Assembly (NCBI GenBank): GCA_963665125.2
Contig: CAXXUK010000001.1
Location: forward strand, 2,528,001 to 2,592,000
DNA length: 64,000 bases
Direction of reading: 5' to 3'
DNA from: an uncultured Desulfarculus sp.
Lineage (GTDB): Bacteria; Desulfobacterota; Desulfarculia; Desulfarculales; Desulfarculaceae
Shown here: positions 28,848 through 42,688 of the stretch, one piece after another
Position numbering within the stretch: position 1 is the stretch's first letter
Layout: each line of letters starts with the position of its first letter
Notes under the pieces: generated by a model
Database searches by the model: none
What the model saw: the letters and a program-made list of their open reading frames with translations, nothing else
Told to the model about the DNA's origin: nothing
Position numbers and translations under genes: made by a program

Positions 28848-30134
28848 TTAGTTTTCGATCTTGTGCTTGCTTACCGGCGCGGGCTCGGTACCGCGGCGCA
28901 CCGTGGCCCCGGCGTTGATCAGCTTCTGGTCGATGCGTTCATAGCCCCGGTCAAGATGGTAGACCCTGCTGATATGGGTCTCACCCTGGGCGGCCAGGGC
29001 GGCCAGCACCAGGCAGGCCGAGGCCCGCAGGTCCGTGGCCATCACCGGGGCTCCGGAGAGTTTGCGCACGCCCCGGACCACGGCCGTGTTGCCCGAGACA
29101 TCGATCTCGGCGCCCATGCGCCGCAGTTCGGGCACGTGCATCAGGCGGTTTTCAAAGATGGTTTCCTGGATCACGGCGCTGCCGGTGCTCATGCCCATCA
29201 GGGCCATGAACTGGGCCTGTAGGTCAGTGGGGAAACCGGGATACGGCCCGGTGATGATGTTCACCGGCTTGGGAGCGCGGCGGGCGCTGACCACCAGGCC
29301 CTTTGCCGTCTGCTGGAAGCGAAGGCCCGCTTCCTTGAGCTTGCCCACCACCGAGGTCAGGTGCTCGACCTGGGCGTTCTCAATGGTCAGTTCGCCCTTG
29401 GTGATGCCTGCGGCGCACATGAAGGTGCCCGCCTCGATGCGGTCGGGCATGACGTCGTGGTCTATGGGGCCCAGGGCGTCCACGCCCTGGACCGTCACCG
29501 TGGCCGTGCCCGCCCCGCTGATGCGCGCCCCTGCCGCGTTGAGAGCCACGGCCAGGTCCACCACCTCGGGCTCCCGGGCGGCGTTGCGCAACACGGACGT
29601 ACCATTGGCCAGCACGGCGGCCATGATCAGGTTTTCCGTACCAGTGACGGTGACCATGTCAAAGGTGATGTCCGCGCCCTTGAGTTTTTTGGCCTTGGCG
29701 TTGACATAGCCTCCGTCCAGGTCGATCTTGGCGCCCATGGCCTCAAGACCCTTGAGGTGCTGGTCAATGGGCCGTTCGCCGATGGCGCAGCCGCCGGGCA
29801 GGCTCACTCTGCCCTGACCCAGACGGGCCATCATCGGGCCCAGGGCCAACACCGACGCACGCATGGTCTTGACCAGATCATAGGGGCACTCGTCGCCATC
29901 GGCGGCGTTGCTTTCGATAACCATCTCGCCGGGCTTTTGCTCCACGTGGCCGCCCAGATGGGTCAACAGGGCGCCCATGGTGCCCACGTCGCGCAGGTCG
30001 GGCACGTTGCGCAGGCGGTTGCGCCCGCCGGTGAGCAGGCAGGCGGCCATCAGGGGCAAGGTGGCGTTCTTGGCCCCGCTGATGCGGACCCGGCCCACCA
30101 ACGGCTTGCCTCCTTCGATTATCAGCTTATCCAT
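28848..30134 (-). CDS. murA: UDP-GlcNAc 1-carboxyvinyltransferase
   Basis: ISGAKNATLP, LPGGCAIGERP, PDRIEAGT, YPGFPTDLQ, ATDLRA. Confidence 0.97.
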   Translation of the reverse strand: MDKLIIEGGKPLVGRVRISGAKNATLPLMAACLLTGGRNRLRNVPDLRDVGTMGALLTHLGGHVEQKPGEMVIESNAADGDECPYDLVKTMRASVLALGPMMARLGQGRVSLPGGCAIGERPIDQHLKGLEAMGAKIDLDGGYVNAKAKKLKGADITFDMVTVTGTENLIMAAVLANGTSVLRNAAREPEVVDLAVALNAAGARISGAGTATVTVQGVDALGPIDHDVMPDRIEAGTFMCAAGITKGELTIENAQVEHLTSVVGKLKEAGLRFQQTAKGLVVSARRAPKPVNIITGPYPGFPTDLQAQFMALMGMSTGSAVIQETIFENRLMHVPELRRMGAEIDVSGNTAVVRGVRKLSGAPVMATDLRASACLVLAALAAQGETHISRVYHLDRGYERIDQKLINAGATVRRGTEPAPVSKHKIEN

Positions 30135-31002
30135 AGTCGCCCCTCCCACAGGCCAGAACCCGGCCCAGCCCGGCCAGATCCTGCAACAAACGAACCTCGG
30201 TAAAAATACCCGCCGCCTGGGCCAGCTTCACGGCGGCCCGGCCCTGGCCCGCTCCGATCTCGATCAACAGCCAGCCAAAGGGCCTCAAAAAGGCCCTGCT
30301 TCCGGCGATGATGTGACGGATGACGTCCAGGCCGTCGGGCCCGGCCTCCAGGGCCAGACGCGGCTCGAACTCGGCCACCGTGACCGGAAGCAGCCGGTAT
30401 TCCTCCTCGGTGACGTACGGCGGGTTGGCCGTGATCAGATCGAAAAAGCCGCCAGCCGCGGCCACGGGCTCCCAAAGCGGCCCAAGCCCGAATTGCACCC
30501 GGTCCGTCAGATTATGATTTTGGGCATTGCGGCGGGCGTAGGTCAAGGCCTCGGCGGAAATATCGGTGGCCAGCACGGTGGCCCATGGTAGTTCCTTGGC
30601 CAGGGCAAGGGCCACTGCCCCGCTGCCGGTGCACATATCAAGGATGCGCGGCGCGTCAATATCTTTCAGCAGACGCAGTCCTTCCTCCACCAGAAGCTCA
30701 GTCTCGGGCCGGGGCACCAAAACGCCCGGCCCCACGCATAGCTCGATGCTCCAGAACTCGCGCACGCCAGTTATGTAGGCCATGGGCTCATGGGCCCGCC
30801 TGCGCAGCAGCAGGGCCTTGAAATCGGCAAGTTCCTGTTTGCTCAGGGGACGGTCTTGGTCGAGATACAGATCAATGCGGCGCAGGCCCAGCACCTGGGC
30901 CAACATCAATTCAGCCGAGGTGCGGGCCGATTCCACCTTGTAGTCTTGCAAATACTGGGCGGCCCAGGCCAACAGCCGCCGAACGGTCCACTGCTCGCCC
31001 AC
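30127..31002 (-). CDS. prmC: Release factor glutamine methyltransferase
   Basis: LVPRPETE, DMCTGSG, ANPPY; downstream of prfA. Confidence 0.95.
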   Translation of the reverse strand: MGEQWTVRRLLAWAAQYLQDYKVESARTSAELMLAQVLGLRRIDLYLDQDRPLSKQELADFKALLLRRRAHEPMAYITGVREFWSIELCVGPGVLVPRPETELLVEEGLRLLKDIDAPRILDMCTGSGAVALALAKELPWATVLATDISAEALTYARRNAQNHNLTDRVQFGLGPLWEPVAAAGGFFDLITANPPYVTEEEYRLLPVTVAEFEPRLALEAGPDGLDVIRHIIAGSRAFLRPFGWLLIEIGAGQGRAAVKLAQAAGIFTEVRLLQDLAGLGRVLACGRGDYG

Positions 31003-31009
31003 GGCGCGC

Positions 31010-32095
<1,086 letters not shown>

Positions 32096-32101
32096 GAAAA
32101 C

Positions 32102-33040
32102 CTACAATACTTTTAGGGATGAGCCTTCCGCCCCGTCGGTATCGATGGCTGCCTGCAGGGCGCAGAGGGCGATTTCAATCTGCTTGTCGTCCGGTTCCCG
32201 GGTGGTCATCCGCTGCAGTTGCAGGCCGGGCCACAACAGCATTCCCCATATGCCGCGACCGTTGCGTTCGCCCGCCCGGCGGATGACCTCGTAGGAGATT
32301 CCGGCGATTGGCAGCATCAAAAAAACCTTTAAAACGATCTGGAGAAGCTGGTTTAGCCAGCCAGCCTCGGCAAACCGCGGCAACAACGGGAAGACTCCGG
32401 CGAAAATAAAAATCGATATAACCAGGACCACCAGGATAAAGGCCGTGCCGCAACGGGGATGAAGCCGGGGATAGCCCCTTGCCGATTCAACGGACAACTC
32501 GCCGCCTGATTCATAACAGAATATGGCCTTGTGTTCCGCGCCGTGATACTCGAATACCCTGCGGATATCGGGCATCAGCGAGATCAGCCAGATATAGGCC
32601 AAAAAAAGACTGACCTTGATCACGCCGTCGATCAAATGGAACAGAAAACTGGTCTCGTCGTAGCCCGAGGGCCAGATGGTGCCCAGCCACAGGGCCAGCA
32701 GATGCGGAACGGCCACGAACAGACCGATGCCCACGCCCACGGCGAAGAGCATCGTGGCGGCCATGGCCCAGGGGCTCAAGTCTTCGTCTTCTTCGTCCAG
32801 GGCCTGTTGGGCCGAAAAAGACAGCGCCTTCATGCCCAGAACAAGGGTCTCGCCCAAAACAATGGGCCCGCGCAAAAACGGCCAACCCAAAAAGGGAAAG
32901 CGTTTGGCCAGGCCCTTGAACGGGTCGTTTTTTACCAGGATTGCGCCGTCGGGCTTGCGCACGGCAACACACAGCCTCTCGGGAGCCTTCATCATGACTC
33001 CCTCGATGACTGCTTGTCCGCCTACGTTGGCCGGCTTCAT
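32102..33040 (-). CDS. DUF1385 membrane protein
   Basis: VGGQAVIEGVMM, YHGAEHK, HPRCGTAF, TTREPD; usual rpmE-prfA position. Confidence 0.88.
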   Translation of the reverse strand: MKPANVGGQAVIEGVMMKAPERLCVAVRKPDGAILVKNDPFKGLAKRFPFLGWPFLRGPIVLGETLVLGMKALSFSAQQALDEEDEDLSPWAMAATMLFAVGVGIGLFVAVPHLLALWLGTIWPSGYDETSFLFHLIDGVIKVSLFLAYIWLISLMPDIRRVFEYHGAEHKAIFCYESGGELSVESARGYPRLHPRCGTAFILVVLVISIFIFAGVFPLLPRFAEAGWLNQLLQIVLKVFLMLPIAGISYEVIRRAGERNGRGIWGMLLWPGLQLQRMTTREPDDKQIEIALCALQAAIDTDGAEGSSLKVL

Positions 33041-33056
33041 CAAAACGCCGACGCTC

Positions 33057-33356
33057 CTATTCCTGGCCCTCCAGAGCCTCTTGCCGCTTCTTGGCGTCTT
33101 CCTCGGCTTTGGCCATACGGGCGGCTTCCAGCTCTTCGGCCTTGCCGGAGTACTGCTGCAAGTGAGCATATTTCTTATAGAAACGCTCAACGCGACCGGC
33201 GGAGTCGACGAGCTTCTGCTTGCCGGTGAAGAAGGGATGGCAAGCCGAGCAAATTTCAACGCGGATGTTGTCTTTGGTGGAACCGGAGACAAACTCGTTG
33301 CCGCAGGCGCAGCGCACGGTCGTCATTTTATAATCCGGATGGATATCCTTTTTCAT
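33057..33356 (-). CDS. rpmE: 50S ribosomal protein L31 (Zn-binding type) with charged C-terminal extension
   Basis: [30 protein letters not shown]. Confidence 0.95.
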   Translation of the reverse strand: MKKDIHPDYKMTTVRCACGNEFVSGSTKDNIRVEICSACHPFFTGKQKLVDSAGRVERFYKKYAHLQQYSGKAEELEAARMAKAEEDAKKRQEALEGQE

Positions 33357-33488
33357 CACAATCTCCAAAGATTGACCCTTATAGGAATACAGTATCCGCA
33401 GGTTTGCTGCGTTAAGCTATGGCCCTTGGTCCGTCTGGTATGCCGTAGCCTGCCTGCTGCGGAGTAATTCATTCATGTCAAGGGAGCA

Positions 33489-33516
33489 ATTATAGCGCGG
33501 GTTTATTTGTTTGCAA
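33489..33516 (-). promoter_or_regulatory. Sigma70-type promoter upstream of rpmE
   Basis: TTGCAA-N16-TATAAT. Confidence 0.55.
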
Positions 33517-33520
33517 CCCC

Positions 33521-33553
33521 AAACAAAAGCCGCGGCCCGCCGAGGGCCACGGC
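33521..33553 (-). terminator. Intrinsic terminator after rho
   Basis: GCCGTGGCCC/GGGCCGCGGC stem followed by TTTTGTTT. Confidence 0.7.
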
Positions 33554-33572
33554 ATGTGCGCAACAAGTCTCC

Positions 33573-34973
<1,401 letters not shown>

Positions 34974-35190
34974 GACGCTTGTTCGTTATAGGTTGGCATT
35001 ACAATGTGGCGCACCAAATGATTGGCCTGAGCACACATAGACTTTTATGAGTTGTTTTTCGATCAAATCGCTACTTGTAAACGGGATTGGTTCCGTTTTG
35101 TTATGGTCTTTTCGACTGATCGGAGTATCTCCAGAAAGGCGGCGCTTGGAAACGGAATTCACCGTGTACCCATAGGCGACCTGTTTTCGA

Positions 35191-35218
35191 GTTTTATCTA
35201 TCGCCTCTTAATTGTCAA
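35191..35218 (-). promoter_or_regulatory. Candidate rho promoter
   Basis: TTGACA-N16-TAAAAC in an AT-rich intergenic region. Confidence 0.5.
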
Positions 35219-35279
35219 TAACAAAGTTCACCTATTTATGTTTTATCGTTCGTAAGCCGCGGATATACCAACGCAGATT

Positions 35280-36245
35280 TTATGGGTTTGGCTGATCAGC
35301 GGCCTCCAGGGCCCTTAATACAGCCCTGAAATCATCAGGCAAAGGAGCCACTACTGCGATTTTCTGTTTAGTTATCGGATGTTCAAATTTGAGCTCGGCT
35401 GCGTGCAGAAGCTGCCTGTCAGCCTCTCTAACGGCGGCCCCGACCTGCCCCGGAAATGGCTTTCTGCCACGCCTGCCGCCATACATCTTGTCTCCGACCA
35501 CGGGATATCCGGCCTCGGACATATGTACCCTGATCTGGTGGGTTCGCCCGGTGTGGATGCTGACCCGCAGCAGGCTGACCCCGCTGCCGAATGATCTGGT
35601 CACCCGCCATTTGCTCAGGGCCGGTTTGGTGTGGCGACCCTTGGATGACATGCGTTTGCGGTCTTTGGGATGGCGCCCGATGCCGCTGTCAGCCTTGCCG
35701 GTGGCCGGTGGATGGCCATAAACAAGGGCCAGGTACTGCTTGGCCACCCGCCCCGCTGCAAAACGCATGACCAGGCCGCGGTGGGTGGCATCATCCTTGG
35801 CCACCACCATGGCACCGGAGGTGTCCATGTCCAGGCGGTGAACGATGCCGGGGCGTTCCTTGCCGCCGATGGCCGCCAAGCCTCCGCAGTGATGCAGCAG
35901 ACCATGGACCAGCGTGCCGCTGCCGTGGCCAGGAGAAGGATGAACCACCACTCCGGGCGCCTTGTTCAATACGATCAGATGTTCATCCTCAAAAAGTATA
36001 TCCAGGTCCATGGGCTCGGGAACAAGCTCGGTGGGCTCTGGTTCGGGCAGGCTGACGGCCAAGGCCTGCCCTGCCCTTACCTTTTGGGAGGGCCGAACAA
36101 CAGCGCCGTCGACGGTCACATGGCCCTGCTTGAGCAGACGCTGGACCTCCGCCCGGGAAAAATCCGCGCCAAGCAGCTCCAACACCACCACGTCCAGTCG
36201 TTTACCCGCGGCGGCAGGCGGCGTGGAAAACTCTATTAGCTTCAT
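35280..36245 (-). CDS. rluD: RluA/RluD family pseudouridine synthase
   Basis: N-terminal S4 domain, NKAPGVVVHP, GIVHRLDMDTSG, TGRTHQIRVH. Confidence 0.88.
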   Translation of the reverse strand: MKLIEFSTPPAAAGKRLDVVVLELLGADFSRAEVQRLLKQGHVTVDGAVVRPSQKVRAGQALAVSLPEPEPTELVPEPMDLDILFEDEHLIVLNKAPGVVVHPSPGHGSGTLVHGLLHHCGGLAAIGGKERPGIVHRLDMDTSGAMVVAKDDATHRGLVMRFAAGRVAKQYLALVYGHPPATGKADSGIGRHPKDRKRMSSKGRHTKPALSKWRVTRSFGSGVSLLRVSIHTGRTHQIRVHMSEAGYPVVGDKMYGGRRGRKPFPGQVGAAVREADRQLLHAAELKFEHPITKQKIAVVAPLPDDFRAVLRALEAADQPNP

Positions 36246-36288
36246 GATGCATAAACAGGAAAGAAATCAAGGCGGCATGAGGCCATGA

Positions 36289-36771
36289 TCAATGACCGAA
36301 GATGCCTTCCACCTGGGCGGCAATCTCGTCCTCGGCCTGCTCCTGGGCGATGGACAGTTCCTTGACCAAAAGATTGCGGGCCGTGTCGAGCATCTTGCGC
36401 TCGCCAAAAGACAACTCTTTATCAGTGCTGAGCAGACACAGATCGCGCAGGACTTCGGCGACTTCAAACACCGAACCGGTTTTGATCTTGTTCATGTATT
36501 CGCGGTAGCGGCGGTTCCAGGTCTGGTTTTCAATGACCACGTCATGGTCTTCGAGGATACTGAAAACCCTGATCACGTCATCATTGGCAATGATCGGGCG
36601 CAAACCAACCGCCGTGGCATTGGTGGTCGGCACCATAATTATCATGTCGTTATCCAAGATGCGCAGAATATAGAACTGCTGCAGAGCACCCCCGATCTCT
36701 TTTTCTTCGACTGCTTCAATACGGCCAACGCCATGGGCCGGGTAAACTGCTAGTTGACCCAGGTCAAACAT
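36289..36771 (-). CDS. CarD/CdnL family transcription factor
   Basis: VYPAHGVG, VGLRPI, TWNRRYRE, LSFGERKML. Confidence 0.9.
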   Translation of the reverse strand: MFDLGQLAVYPAHGVGRIEAVEEKEIGGALQQFYILRILDNDMIIMVPTTNATAVGLRPIIANDDVIRVFSILEDHDVVIENQTWNRRYREYMNKIKTGSVFEVAEVLRDLCLLSTDKELSFGERKMLDTARNLLVKELSIAQEQAEDEIAAQVEGIFGH

Positions 36772-36824
36772 TTGGTGCTCCTGCGGTAAACACACTGGTG
36801 GGAAAGTAACTGATTATGGTAGTT

Positions 36825-36852
36825 ATTTTATCATCTACCACTGAGGTGTCAA
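36825..36852 (-). promoter_or_regulatory. Sigma70-type promoter of the carD-family gene
   Basis: TTGACA-N16-TAAAAT with an extended -10 TG. Confidence 0.6.
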
Positions 36853-36885
36853 GCAAACGTGACATTATAGCCATTGTAAACAAGA

Positions 36886-36915
36886 CGGGGCCAGCCCCCT
36901 AAAGGACCGGCCCCG
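36886..36915 (-). terminator. Hairpin after hppA
   Basis: CGGGGCC...GGCCCCG stem followed by TCTTGTTT. Confidence 0.6.
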
Positions 36916-36939
36916 AGTAGTCGCGATTCTAATCGTCGA

Positions 36940-39027
<2,088 letters not shown>

Positions 39028-39041
39028 TACCCCTCTTCCTC

Positions 39042-39614
39042 CTACTTCACAAACGAACGGTGAAACTTTTGCATGGCCTCCGTCGTCCCTTGAGTTAGCA
39101 TGGTCTCAAGGCAATCGGCGGAAACCTGCACCATTTTATTTCCAAGCTCCTGCTGATCGGCGTAAAAGCCGGTCAGCACGTATTTCTCTATGGGTTCTCC
39201 ATGCCGGGGGCGACCTACGCCGAAGCGCAGTCTCGCAAATTCATCGGTCCCTAGCAAGTGGATAATGGAACCAACTCCTTTATGACCCGCCGCCCCTCCC
39301 CGTGTGGCGACCTTGATCCGGCCGAGTTCCAAATCCAGTTCGTCGTGAACCACAATCAAATCGGAAGGTTCAAGACGGAAATACTTGAGCAGGCTGGCGA
39401 CCGCTTCACCGCTGAGATTCATAAAGGTCTGCGGCAAGGCGGCAATTACGGGCAGGCCATTGACCGCGCCCTTGCCCCACATGCTCCGGTGGCCGCTTTT
39501 GCCCAGCCCAATGCCGTGACGGCGGGCCATCTCCTCGACCACCATAAATCCGGCATTATGCCGGTTATCTTCATATTGCCGGCCCGGGTTGCCAAGCCCA
39601 ATGACAACCCGCAT
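39042..39614 (-). CDS. pth: Peptidyl-tRNA hydrolase
   Basis: GLGNPG, RHNAGF, FMNLSG, VHDELD, GHKG; alternative TTG start at 39644. Confidence 0.94.
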   Translation of the reverse strand: MRVVIGLGNPGRQYEDNRHNAGFMVVEEMARRHGIGLGKSGHRSMWGKGAVNGLPVIAALPQTFMNLSGEAVASLLKYFRLEPSDLIVVHDELDLELGRIKVATRGGAAGHKGVGSIIHLLGTDEFARLRFGVGRPRHGEPIEKYVLTGFYADQQELGNKMVQVSADCLETMLTQGTTEAMQKFHRSFVK

Positions 39615-39650
39615 GCCTGCTTGCGTTTTATTGCGCCAAAACAAAGGCGG

Positions 39651-40283
39651 CTACTCGCCGGACTCCTCGGCGGCTCCTTCTTCGCCCTCTTCGCCTTCTT
39701 CGCCCTCTTCGCCTTCATCAAGGCTGGAGGCCTTCTTGGCGCAGCTTACGATCATCACCGATTCTTCAGAGGCAAGCACCACGCCGGCGGGCAATTCCAA
39801 TTGGTCGGTCTGAATATTTTCGCCGACATCGAGGGCGCTGACATCCACCTCAATGGAATCGGGAATATCCATGATGCTTCCCCGGAGGGTAACCGAGTAG
39901 AGGCCCTGGCTTACCGTACCGCCGTCATCAAGACCCTTGGCCTTGCCGGTCAGTTCCAAAGGAACGTCCACGGTAATTTCCTGACCCACTTTGATTTCGT
40001 AGAAATCGGCATGGACGATTTTTTTACCCATATAATCCTGCTGCATTTCATGCAGCAATACGGGACGGGCATCTTCGCCGTTTATCTGCAAGGCCAAAAA
40101 CGCGGAATCGCCGGAGACCTGGCGCAGCATTCTTTCCATTTCGCGCGTTTCGACGGCCAGCTTCACAGGGTCTTTTCCGGCGCCGTAGATCACGGCCGGA
40201 ACAACGCCGTCACGCCTCATTTGGCGGGCAGGCCCCTTGCCGGTGGTTTCGCGGCGGGTTGCCGCCAGCGGTATCTGCTTCAT
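39651..40283 (-). CDS. rplY: 50S ribosomal protein L25/Ctc (long form)
   Basis: GKGPARQMRRDGVVPAVIYG, HADFY, acidic (EGE)n tail. Confidence 0.93.
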   Translation of the reverse strand: MKQIPLAATRRETTGKGPARQMRRDGVVPAVIYGAGKDPVKLAVETREMERMLRQVSGDSAFLALQINGEDARPVLLHEMQQDYMGKKIVHADFYEIKVGQEITVDVPLELTGKAKGLDDGGTVSQGLYSVTLRGSIMDIPDSIEVDVSALDVGENIQTDQLELPAGVVLASEESVMIVSCAKKASSLDEGEEGEEGEEGEEGAAEESGE

Positions 40284-40341
40284 GGTGCAATAACTCCCCC
40301 CGGCGCCCCAAACCAAGGCAACCGGGATTTTGGATCATGTG

Positions 40342-40370
40342 ACTATAATGTATTATTTCACAAATGGCAA
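40342..40370 (-). promoter_or_regulatory. Sigma70-type promoter for rplY-pth-hppA
   Basis: TTGCCA-N17-TATAGT. Confidence 0.6.
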
Positions 40371-40400
40371 ACTTTTTAATCGTACTTGGACGACCTTATC

Positions 40401-41342
40401 CTAAACGAACAAGGAGCTTACCGAGTCCTCCATATGGATGCGGCGGATAGCCTCGCCGAGAATACGGGCCACGGACAAACTGGTGATTTTACCGGAATCC
40501 TTCGCCTCATCCTTGAGAGGAATTGTATTCGTGACGACAACTCTTTCAATGGGGCTTTCCTTGATGCGCGTGACCGCGGGGCCGGAAAGCACCGCATGGC
40601 TGGCGCAAGCCCAAACACCGCTGGCTCCGTGATCCATCAAGGCCCTGGCAGCCTCGGTGAGGGTTCCCGCCGTGTCGATCATGTCATCAAGGACGACTGC
40701 CATCTTGCCGTTGACCTCGCCGATGATGTTCATGGCTTCGGCCACGTTGGCTTTTTCGCGGCGTTTGTCAATGATGGCCAGTCCGGCGGACAAGCGCTTG
40801 GCAATGGCCCTGGCCCGTTCCACACCGCCGGCGTCGGGGCTGACGATGATGGCCTCGCCCCTGAGCTGGGTGCGCAGGTAATCGAGCATGACCGGGGCGC
40901 CATAAAGGTGATCGACCGGTATATTGAAAAACCCGCCGATCTGACCGGCATGCAGATCCATGGCCAAAACCCGGCCCGCTCCGGCCGTGGTGATCAGATC
41001 GGCCACCAGTTTGGCCGAAATGGGCGCGCGCGGGGCCACCTTGCGGTCCTGGCGAGCATAGCCGTAGTAGGGAATCACGGCTGTGATGCGTCTGGCGCTG
41101 GCCCGGCGGAAGGCATCTATCATTATCAGCAATTCCATCAGATGCACGTTGACCGGCGGGCTGGTGGACTGGATCACGAAAACGTCTGCGCCGCGCACGT
41201 TTTCACCGATTTCCACCAAAATTTCGCCGTCGCTGAAGCGCCTGACCACGGCCTGGCTAAGCGGCAAATGCAAGTAATGACAGATTTCCTCGGCCAAGGC
41301 CGGGTTGCTGTTGCCCGTGAACACTTTGAGTTTGTTAAACAT
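40401..41342 (-). CDS. prs: Ribose-phosphate pyrophosphokinase
   Basis: [40 protein letters not shown]. Confidence 0.97.
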   Translation of the reverse strand: MFNKLKVFTGNSNPALAEEICHYLHLPLSQAVVRRFSDGEILVEIGENVRGADVFVIQSTSPPVNVHLMELLIMIDAFRRASARRITAVIPYYGYARQDRKVAPRAPISAKLVADLITTAGAGRVLAMDLHAGQIGGFFNIPVDHLYGAPVMLDYLRTQLRGEAIIVSPDAGGVERARAIAKRLSAGLAIIDKRREKANVAEAMNIIGEVNGKMAVVLDDMIDTAGTLTEAARALMDHGASGVWACASHAVLSGPAVTRIKESPIERVVVTNTIPLKDEAKDSGKITSLSVARILGEAIRRIHMEDSVSSLFV

Positions 41343-41427
41343 CTTAGCCCAAACCCGGCACCGGCAGTCGTTCCAGCACACCCCTGGTGCCCGAGCTACT
41401 GCCGGCTAGATTTTTTCTTAAATGGAC

Positions 41428-41502
41428 TGGCTGGGGCGGTAGGATTCGAACCTACGAATGCGGGTTCCAAAGACCCGTGTCTTACCACTTGACGACGCCC
41501 CA
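41428..41502 (-). tRNA. tRNA-Gln (anticodon UUG)
   Basis: TGGGGCGTCGTCAAGTGGTAAGACACGGGTCTTTGGAACCCGCATTCGTAGGTTCGAATCCTACCGCCCCAGCCA: cloverleaf, TTG anticodon, GTTCGAATC T-loop, encoded CCA. Confidence 0.97.
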
Positions 41503-41530
41503 ACCGGATTGTCAGTGCGGTAGTTTACCG

Positions 41531-41815
41531 TTAACTCGCGGCTCCCGCCACGTTATCGTTGTCCTCGAGCATACGATTGTACTCATTGAGGACCGTTTCC
41601 TCTATCATGCGGCGGGTTTCGCTATTCAATGGATGAGCAATATCCTGGTAAGAACCGTCTTTGCGTTTCTTGCTGGGCATCGCTACAAATAGGCCCTTGT
41701 TCCCATGGATGACCTTTACGTCTCTGACGAGAAAACAATGGTCAAACGTCAAGGTGGCATAAGCCTTGAGCCTATCTTCATCAACCGGAAAAACCCTGAC
41801 TTCGGTCACGTCCAT
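41531..41815 (-). CDS. spoVG: SpoVG family protein
   Basis: MDVTEVRV, LKAYATLTFD, GLFVAMPSKK, DIAHPLNSETR. Confidence 0.93.
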   Translation of the reverse strand: MDVTEVRVFPVDEDRLKAYATLTFDHCFLVRDVKVIHGNKGLFVAMPSKKRKDGSYQDIAHPLNSETRRMIEETVLNEYNRMLEDNDNVAGAAS

Positions 41816-41844
41816 GCCGCCCCCTAAACAGCTACTGATGTGAA

Positions 41845-42684
41845 TCAAATACCTCGGCAGGCGCAAACCCACCAGTGTTGATTGCCTGCCAACTCCCGAG
41901 CCGCCTTGGCTGCGGAAGCGGCGTCCGGGAAAACGCCAAATACCGTCGGACCGCTACCCGACATGAGCACCCCCTGGGCGCCGCTATCGGCCATGGCCCG
42001 TTTGACCTCTTCAAGCTGTGGATACTCCCGTATTGTGACGTTCTCCAGGTCATTAACTAGGATATCACACAGCGCATCCCCAGTGCATGGTAGGGAACCC
42101 ATTTTATTAAAATTAGTTGGTTTTGTCCATGTCAAATCATATTGGCTGTAAACACGGGCGGTGGAAACGGCGAAACCCGGGTTGATCAGAACATAGTTAA
42201 GCAACGGAAACGCGGAGACAGGCTCGACCCTATCACCTATTCCGCTGCACAATGCGGTCCGGCACGCCAAGAAAAAAGGCACATCGGCTCCCAGACCGGC
42301 GGCCAGGCTCACCAGCTTCTCGGCAGGCAGCGCTCCGCCGTGCAGGGCATTGAGTCCGATCAAAGCCGCGGCTGCGTCCGAGGAGCCACCGCCCAGACCG
42401 GCCGCCACTGGAATTTTCTTTACTAGGCTGAAACTGGCGCCACCCGGACGGCCCAGGGCCGCGAAATAGGTTTTCGCGGCCCTGAGCACCAGGTTGTCGT
42501 CATTCAAGGCGGGATCGCTGCATTCGAGGCTCAGCCCCTGATCCTTTAGCTCCACGCTCAATTCGTCAGCCAGGCTCAGGGGCTGCATCAAGGTCAGCAG
42601 CTCATGGTAGCCGTCATCCCGCCTGCCCAGGATGCGCAAGCTCAGATTAACTTTGGCCGGAGCCGACAGGATAAGTTTCGGCAT
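41845..42684 (-). CDS. ispE: 4-diphosphocytidyl-2-C-methyl-D-erythritol kinase
   Basis: APAKVNLSL, KKIPVAAGLGGGSSDAAA, GADVPFF, MSGSGPTVF. Confidence 0.95.
   Translation of the reverse strand: MPKLILSAPAKVNLSLRILGRRDDGYHELLTLMQPLSLADELSVELKDQGLSLECSDPALNDDNLVLRAAKTYFAALGRPGGASFSLVKKIPVAAGLGGGSSDAAAALIGLNALHGGALPAEKLVSLAAGLGADVPFFLACRTALCSGIGDRVEPVSAFPLLNYVLINPGFAVSTARVYSQYDLTWTKPTNFNKMGSLPCTGDALCDILVNDLENVTIREYPQLEEVKRAMADSGAQGVLMSGSGPTVFGVFPDAASAAKAARELAGNQHWWVCACRGI
42101..42129 (-). promoter_or_regulatory. Internal promoter in ispE, probably driving spoVG-tRNA-prs
   Basis: TGGACA-N17-TAAAAT within an abrupt AT-rich patch of a GC-rich CDS. Confidence 0.55.
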
Positions 42685-42688
42685 TATG

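Noticed and set aside
32102..33292. 396-aa version of the DUF1385 ORF
   Set aside because: The first ~84 codons overlap rpmE in another frame; the family motif starts at ATG 33040
39675..39720. Tandem 9-bp repeats
   Set aside because: They encode the ordinary acidic EGE tail of L25/Ctc
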